From contig CBDCWI010000002.1 of NCBI GenBank assembly GCA_965223325.1, positions 640,001 through 704,000 on the forward strand: a stretch of DNA of 64,000 nucleotides, given 5' to 3'. The notes below the pieces were generated by a model. It was given only the letters and a program-made list of their open reading frames with translations, made no database searches and was not told the origin of the DNA. Positions 58,828 to 64,000 of the stretch are shown here, one piece after another; the stretch's first letter is position 1; the number at the start of each line of letters is the position of its first letter. The translations under genes and the position numbers were made by a program. The DNA is from Candidatus Multivoradales bacterium. Lineage in GTDB: Bacteria; Acidobacteriota; Thermoanaerobaculia; Multivoradales; Multivoraceae.

Positions 58828-60736
58828 ATCGCGGTAGGAGCGCCGGTTGCCCGGCGCCCCCCGCACAGATCCCAGCGTGCACTGCTAATGCACTGGGCTC
58901 CTGCCTCAGGTATTGACGACAAGTCGCTCATCAGGCCAGGGATGTTGGACTCGGGCTTTGGGTAGGTAGTGGGCCACCAGGGCCCACATCCGTTTCCAGG
59001 ACGTGCGGTCTTTGTCACTGCGTCGGCGCAGAGCGCGCATCCAGTGCCGAATGACCTCCTGTCGAAAGGCGTTCAACGCCGCTGAGTTGCCGGGTACGCC
59101 GTAGTAGGCATTGAAGCCTCGCACCACGGATCCCAGCCAGAGACCTTGCTCTGGTAGCGGCGAGTGTCGGTGTCCCAGAAGGGCCGTACCGACAGCCTTC
59201 AGTGTCCTGCGGATTCGGTGGCGGCTCGTGATGCGCTTCAGCAAGAACCTCCCTCGACTAGACTGCGCACAGCAGTGCGTAAAGCCTAGAAACTCGAAGG
59301 TCTCCGGCCGCCCGAGACCTCGCGCGCGTCGGTTGTAGGCCGCAAAGCGGCCAAACTCCAGCAGGCGCGTCTTCTCGGGTTGGATCTCCAACGAGAAGTC
59401 ACGGAGTCGCAGGTTCAGTTCCTCGAGGAATCGTTCTGCCTCCTCCTGCCTCTCAAATCCAACGATGAAGTCATCCGCGTAGCGCACGAAGATCATGTCC
59501 CCAAGCGCGTTGCGTTTCCTCCACTGCTGGACCCAGAGATCGAGCACGTAGTGCAGGTACACGTTCCCGAGGAGAGGCGAAATCGTCGCCCCCTGAGGAG
59601 TCCCCCGCGTGCTCGCGTGCCACTTACCGTCTTCCATCACTCCGGACCTCAGCCATTTCTGGATGAGGCGAAGGATCCTACGGTCTCCGATACGGTGCTC
59701 GAGAAACTTCACCAGCCACTCGTGGTCCAGGGCATCGAAGAACCCACGAATGTCTGCGTCGAGCACCCAGTTCACCTTCCGCTTTGTGATTCCAACGAAT
59801 AGCGCATCCAAAGCATCGTGCTGGCTGCGGCCTCGCCTGAATCCGTATGAGTACCCGAGAAAGTCTTCCTCGTAGATCGCATCCAACACCGAGACGACGG
59901 CGCGCTGAAGGATCTTGTCCTCCAACGTGGCGATGCCAAGCGGTCGGAACCGCCCATCCGATTTCTCGATGTAGACGCGACGAGTCGCACTCGCCCGGTA
60001 GCTCCCACGGTGGACACGAGAGTGCAGGTCCTCGAGATTGCTCAGCAAAGATTCTGCGTACTCGCTCCATGACACTCCGTCCACTCCTGCCGCTGCGTCT
60101 CGGTGCAACACGTCAAATGCGCTCCGGAGTCGCTCGACCGTGATGTGGTGAAGAAGCGCTGTGAACTTCACTTCCTTGCCCCTGCGGGCGGCTTCTCGTA
60201 CACGGCCCAGCGCATTGCTCGCACTCTCCATCCGGCTCTGTGTCCGGGGTGCGTTTTGCTTGCCCGTGTTCCCCTTGGCCAGGCCCCTTCCCTCCACCGC
60301 CTCCGCCGCTGGTCTCCCACCGTTGTTCGACGACTTCGCAGGTACTACGGGCCTGTCTGACTTCCGCCATCCGTGCGTCATCGGCTTACGGCCTCTAGCC
60401 TTCCCGATGCGGACCAGATACCCAACTGGCCAGATCGCGGATCTCCCGGTTCTCGCGCATGGAGATTCCACACATGCACAGGGTCTACGACCGCGGGGAG
60501 TCGCCGCAGAGCTCGCGATAGCGCGCTACGGAGTCTCGCCTTCCGCTTCGCTTGACAGCGTCGGCACTCCCAAATTCTTATTTCGCGGCTCAATACCCGG
60601 CCTGTGTGTGCCCCTGTCAACGCTTCACCGCACCCTCGCGGGAGCCGGCGCATGACTCGGGGACCCTCTGGGTCGCTACCCCTTCGAGGGTGGGACTCTC
60701 TCATTCCTTTCTCCATGCCGGTTTATCCCGGCGTAT
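58828..60736 (-). mobile_element. Group II intron (about 1.9 kb)
   Basis: Domain V GAGCCCAGTGCATTAGCAGTGCACGCTGGGATC (AGC triad, AC bulge) just after the ORF stop; domain VI ending CCTACCGCGAT; 5' end ATACGCCGGGATAAACCGGCATGG (boundary approximate). Confidence 0.9.
58906..60381 (-). CDS. ltrA: Group II intron reverse transcriptase/maturase (no endonuclease domain)
   Basis: AAGVDG, RPLGI..LEDK..QRA, SYGFR.GRS.HDA, DADIRGFFD, GTPQGATISPLL.NVYLH, RYADD, FEFLGFTH, domain X; ends HPWPDERL with no HNH. Confidence 0.95.
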   Translation of the reverse strand: MTHGWRKSDRPVVPAKSSNNGGRPAAEAVEGRGLAKGNTGKQNAPRTQSRMESASNALGRVREAARRGKEVKFTALLHHITVERLRSAFDVLHRDAAAGVDGVSWSEYAESLLSNLEDLHSRVHRGSYRASATRRVYIEKSDGRFRPLGIATLEDKILQRAVVSVLDAIYEEDFLGYSYGFRRGRSQHDALDALFVGITKRKVNWVLDADIRGFFDALDHEWLVKFLEHRIGDRRILRLIQKWLRSGVMEDGKWHASTRGTPQGATISPLLGNVYLHYVLDLWVQQWRKRNALGDMIFVRYADDFIVGFERQEEAERFLEELNLRLRDFSLEIQPEKTRLLEFGRFAAYNRRARGLGRPETFEFLGFTHCCAQSSRGRFLLKRITSRHRIRRTLKAVGTALLGHRHSPLPEQGLWLGSVVRGFNAYYGVPGNSAALNAFRQEVIRHWMRALRRRSDKDRTSWKRMWALVAHYLPKARVQHPWPDERLVVNT

Positions 60737-60752
60737 CCAAGCGGTCCGATGG

Positions 60753-61382
60753 GAGGGCCGGCTTCACCAGGCGGCCGCCCTGCAGGTGCGACCGTGGACT
60801 GCGATCGACCGTCGCGCGCCGCGGATTCGTGGCTTCGTTGGAGCGGTGGATCTTAGGGACTCCGAGGGAAGCAGTCCGACTGAGGGCCGGCTTCGCTGGG
60901 CGCTAAACCCTGCAGGTGCGGCTGTGGACTGCGATCGACCGTCGCGCGCCGCGGATTCGGGCCCCCGTTGGAGCGGTGGATCTCAGGGACTCCGAGGGAA
61001 GCAGTCCGACTGAGGGCCGGCTTCGCTGGGCGCTAAACCCTGCAGGTGCGGCTGTGGACTGCGATCGACCGTCGCGCGCCGCGGATTCGGGCCCCCGTTG
61101 GAGCGGTTGATCTCAGGGACTCCGAGGGAAGCAGTCCGACTGAGGGCCGGCTTCGCTGGGCGCTAAACCCTGCGGGTGCGGCTGTGGACTGCGATCGACC
61201 GTCGCGCGCCGCGGATTCGGGTCCCCGTTGGAGCGGTGGATCTCAGGGACTCCGAGGGAAGCAGTCCGACTGAGGGCCGGCTTCGCTGGGCGCTAAACCC
61301 TGCAGGTGCGACTGTGGACTGCGATCGACCGTCGCGCGCCGCGGATTCGGGTCCCCGTTGGAGCGGTGATCTTAGGGACTCC
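60753..61382. repeat. Tandem array of about 4.9 copies of a 130-bp structured repeat
   Basis: Unit TGAGGGCCGGCTTCGC...GCAGTCCGAC starts at 60881, 61011, 61141 and 61271 (last copy truncated); diverged copy at 60753. Confidence 0.95.
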
Positions 61383-61513
61383 GCTGGATCCGGCCTCTAG
61401 GGGCCCGGGCCACTTGTCATCCAACCTTTCGCCGCAAGCGCTCGGCCGCCGCCACCGGTCATGGCTCCGATCAGACTGCGGCTCGTTGATCCACCGCCCC
61501 TGGGACCTGGTCG

Positions 61514-61975
61514 TCAGACGCCGCCCATCTTGCAGACGATCTTCCATTCTCTCGGGGTCACGCGCTGTACAGATAGGCGCTGGCCTTTGCGCAGGAGGGC
61601 CATGCCTTCTAGATCGTCACGCTCTCGCAGCTCGGCTAGCGACACGAATCTGGGGAAGGTGCGCACATATTCCAGGTCGACCAGGAACCAGCGCGGCTTC
61701 TCCTTCGTCGCTTTGGGATCGAAGTACTTGCTCTTCTCGTCGAACTGGGTCGGGTCGGGATAGGACTCTTTTGAAACCTTGGCTAGACCCGCGACTCCGG
61801 GCGGCTTGGCGTTCGAGTGGTAGTACAGAACTCCATCGCCTAGCTTCATTTCGTCACGCATCAGGTTGCGGGCCTGGTAGTTGCGCACGCCGTCCCAGTA
61901 GGTGGTGTTATCACGCTCGAGATCGTCGATCGAGTAGACGTCGGGCTCACTCTTCATCAACCAGTACTGGGCCAT
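61514..61975 (-). CDS. EVE domain protein
   Basis: YWLMKSEP, WDGVRNYQARN, YYHS, DPTQFD..SKYFDPK, RLSVQ; GGAGG RBS. Confidence 0.93.
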   Translation of the reverse strand: MAQYWLMKSEPDVYSIDDLERDNTTYWDGVRNYQARNLMRDEMKLGDGVLYYHSNAKPPGVAGLAKVSKESYPDPTQFDEKSKYFDPKATKEKPRWFLVDLEYVRTFPRFVSLAELRERDDLEGMALLRKGQRLSVQRVTPREWKIVCKMGGV

Positions 61976-62111
61976 GAGGGCACCCTCCTCGGTGCATTCG
62001 ATGTTGGTTTCAAGAGGGAGCGCACAGGCTATCGCGTGAACACGGCGGCGTGACATCTCTCGGACTGGCCCTCGCCACAGTAGGGCCACATCGCTCTGCT
62101 AGTTTCGCTCC

Positions 62112-62567
62112 ATGGTCAGAAGGATTCTTCTCGCTCTCGGCCTCGGCAGTCTCGTCGGACTGCTGGTTGGCTGCCAGCCGTCGACCATCGTCGAATCGCC
62201 GTCGCCCGACGGCAGGTCGATCGCCTTGATCAAGAGTCATTTCGCCTTTGACGGGCCCAGCCACAGCCTGTGGCTGGCCGGGGCCGCGGGCGAGGTTCTC
62301 CTCGAACGTCTCGGTGAAGACACGCATTGGGCGAGCGACGTCGCGTGGTCACAAGATAGCGAGCTGGTTGGTTTCCTGGTTCGCGATGACCAGGTGTTGG
62401 TCTACGACCGCGACCGTGGCCGGCTGGTCGCAGACATCGAGGTGCCTGACCACACCACATCACTTCGTTCCCTGGTTGTCGAAGACGGCGCGGTGAAGGT
62501 TCGCTTCGAGGGTTGTGAGGCTGGACCCAACGGCTCGACGGACTGTGAGGCGCTCGCGAGGCGGTGA
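62112..62567 (+). CDS. Hypothetical lipoprotein (TolB-like repeats)
   Basis: Lipobox LVGC; SPDGRSIA and WSQDS motifs. Confidence 0.7.
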   Translation: MVRRILLALGLGSLVGLLVGCQPSTIVESPSPDGRSIALIKSHFAFDGPSHSLWLAGAAGEVLLERLGEDTHWASDVAWSQDSELVGFLVRDDQVLVYDRDRGRLVADIEVPDHTTSLRSLVVEDGAVKVRFEGCEAGPNGSTDCEALARR

Positions 62568-63658
62568 GCGCCCTGGGTCACCACCTGAACCACTGGAGGC
62601 GAGTCAGCTGGTTTCCGATTCTGCTGGTCCTGTTCGTTCTCGGTTGCCGAGCCGAACAGCCAGCCAGGCCATCCGCAGGCGTCGCGACCTGCCCGCAGTC
62701 GTTACCCCTTCTGGTCTCGGAGGATGACCTGAGCCCTGCTCAGGTCTCTGTTGAACGCCTGGCCGCCTGGACCAAAGCGCTCTCGGCCTCGGAACTCTCC
62801 GGACGCAGCAACTATCGCGCCGAAGAGAGCGCGCGTGTCGCTCGATCGATCCGGGACGCCTTTCTTGAAACCGGCGTCGAACCGCCACCTGGCAACAGAG
62901 GCTACTGCCAGGGCATCGACTTCGAACCCGTCCTCTACAACGTCATCGGGCATGTCGGGCGATCGTCGCGCCCTGGGCGCCCGGAGAAGCCTGTGGTGGT
63001 GCTGGCTGCACACTACGACGGCCAGGGCACCACGCCGGCGGGAAAGCTCCTACCAGGGGCCGACGACAATGCCTCCGGCGTGGCCGCTCTGCTCGAGGTT
63101 GGCCGGTTGCTGTCCGAGCGCGAGCTGGCGGTTGAAGTGGTGTTGCTGGCCACTGCCGGAGAGGAGATCGGGCGGCTCGGTGCGCTGCGCTATGCCAACG
63201 CCCCGACGGTTGATCCCGCGCGCATCGAAGCGGTCTTCGCCCTCGACATGGTCGGGCGGACCACGCTGGGCGTTGGCTCGGGTCTCGGGTACCGGCTCGC
63301 GAGTCCCGGAGAGGGCGACCCGGAGGCGCAGGCGAAATGGCAGGCGACTCTAGAGCGACGCGGCCTGCCCGCCGTCGACCTGGCGGCGGCAGAGAACCCC
63401 ACGGCGGCAGATGCAGAAGCCGAACACACCGGGGACCCACGCGAGCCCGAACCTGCCAGCGAAGCCGCGGCCCTGGCGAAGCAGATGGCCGGCGCCGTGT
63501 CAGACGCCGATGCCTTCGCGGCCATCGCTCCCAGCATCCTGATCACCACCGGCCTTCACCGCGACTGGCATCAGACGAGCGACAGTTGGGAGAAGGTCGA
63601 CCCGCACCGCACTGCCGAGGTCGTGCGCGCGATGGTCGACATGATCACCAACTGGTGA
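62564..63658 (+). CDS. M28 family metallopeptidase, lipoprotein
   Basis: VLGC; NVIG, AHYD, GADDNASG, GEE.GRLG, DMVG, WHQTSD; GTGA overlap with the upstream gene. Confidence 0.88.
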   Translation: MSALGHHLNHWRRVSWFPILLVLFVLGCRAEQPARPSAGVATCPQSLPLLVSEDDLSPAQVSVERLAAWTKALSASELSGRSNYRAEESARVARSIRDAFLETGVEPPPGNRGYCQGIDFEPVLYNVIGHVGRSSRPGRPEKPVVVLAAHYDGQGTTPAGKLLPGADDNASGVAALLEVGRLLSERELAVEVVLLATAGEEIGRLGALRYANAPTVDPARIEAVFALDMVGRTTLGVGSGLGYRLASPGEGDPEAQAKWQATLERRGLPAVDLAAAENPTAADAEAEHTGDPREPEPASEAAALAKQMAGAVSDADAFAAIAPSILITTGLHRDWHQTSDSWEKVDPHRTAEVVRAMVDMITNW

Positions 63659-63684
63659 TCTGGCTTCCTACTCTCGCCTCTGGG

Positions 63685-64000
63685 CTACTGGGCCTCGACG
63701 CGAATCCCGCCCGAGCCAGTGTCGAGGTGCACTCGAGCGTCGCCGCTACCGACGATCACCCGCGCGAAGTCGCGGCTGCTTTTCACGATACGCGCGTCAG
63801 GCGCGTCGATATGAATACCGCCGCTGCCGGTATCGGCTTCGATCTGAGCCGAGGCATCGGACGGTAAGAGGAGCGTAATCGAGCCGGAGCCGGTATCGAT
63901 CGTGAAGTCGCCGTCGCCCATTTCGGTGAGCGTCAGCTCGACGCCGCCACTGCCGGTGTCGATGGTGGCGCTCTCGGTGCTGACGTCGCGCGCCCGGACG
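63685..64000 (-). CDS. Partial DUF4097-family beta-strand repeat protein (5' end outside the window)
   Basis: Repeated IDTGSG.I/V motifs (4 copies visible). Confidence 0.8.
   Translation of the reverse strand, partial: VRARDVSTESATIDTGSGGVELTLTEMGDGDFTIDTGSGSITLLLPSDASAQIEADTGSGGIHIDAPDARIVKSSRDFARVIVGSGDARVHLDTGSGGIRVEAQ

Noticed and set aside
58906-60381. RT as a retron, DGR or defence RT
   Set aside because: Domain X and the flanking domain V/VI RNA identify a group II intron. No TR/VR pair or msr-msd was seen.
60981-61005. TCAGG...GGAAGCAG resembling the SRP RNA domain IV motif, and CTGAGGG resembling a hammerhead core
   Set aside because: Spacing and the GNRA loop do not fit SRP, and the hammerhead CUGAnGA/GAAA core is not intact.
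60753-61382. CRISPR array or integron attC array interpretation of the 130-bp repeats
   Set aside because: Units are near-identical along their whole length, with no unique spacers or cassettes. There is no cas or integrase gene in the window, and the RYYYAAC/GTTRRRY matches are imperfect.
60916-61400. Repeated short ORFs (MRLWTAIDRR...) in the array
   Set aside because: They are by-products of a 130-bp period (not a multiple of 3), with no RBS or protein-like composition.

Overview
GC-rich bacterial chromosomal window. The C-terminal FxDGFESG motif and the sulfatase/TPR and DUF5916 proteins suggest Acidobacteriota, possibly Thermoanaerobaculia (inference). It holds about 50 densely packed housekeeping, envelope and catabolic genes, including pyrD, a GGT-family gene, NfeD/flotillin, an ECF sigma-vWA pair, a FabY-like synthase, mmsA, ndh, ddl, hemW, bactofilin, lepA and arginase. 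The best signal is a cysteine-synthase-family/rhodanese fusion gene (11973-13319) that the ORF track splits at an in-frame TGA (12360-12362). That TGA is followed at the expected distance by a bacterial SECIS-like hairpin, so the gene is a candidate selenoprotein. A mobile-DNA hotspot at 58.7-61.4 kb contains a CTAG-flanked 102-bp MITE-like element, a complete group II intron with an RT/maturase, and an abutting array of about 5 structured 130-bp repeats. Other observations are a partial nuclease-toxin domain with no adjacent immunity gene, a haem c-fused copper monooxygenase-like protein and several structured intergenic regions. All product calls come from motif recognition, not database searches.
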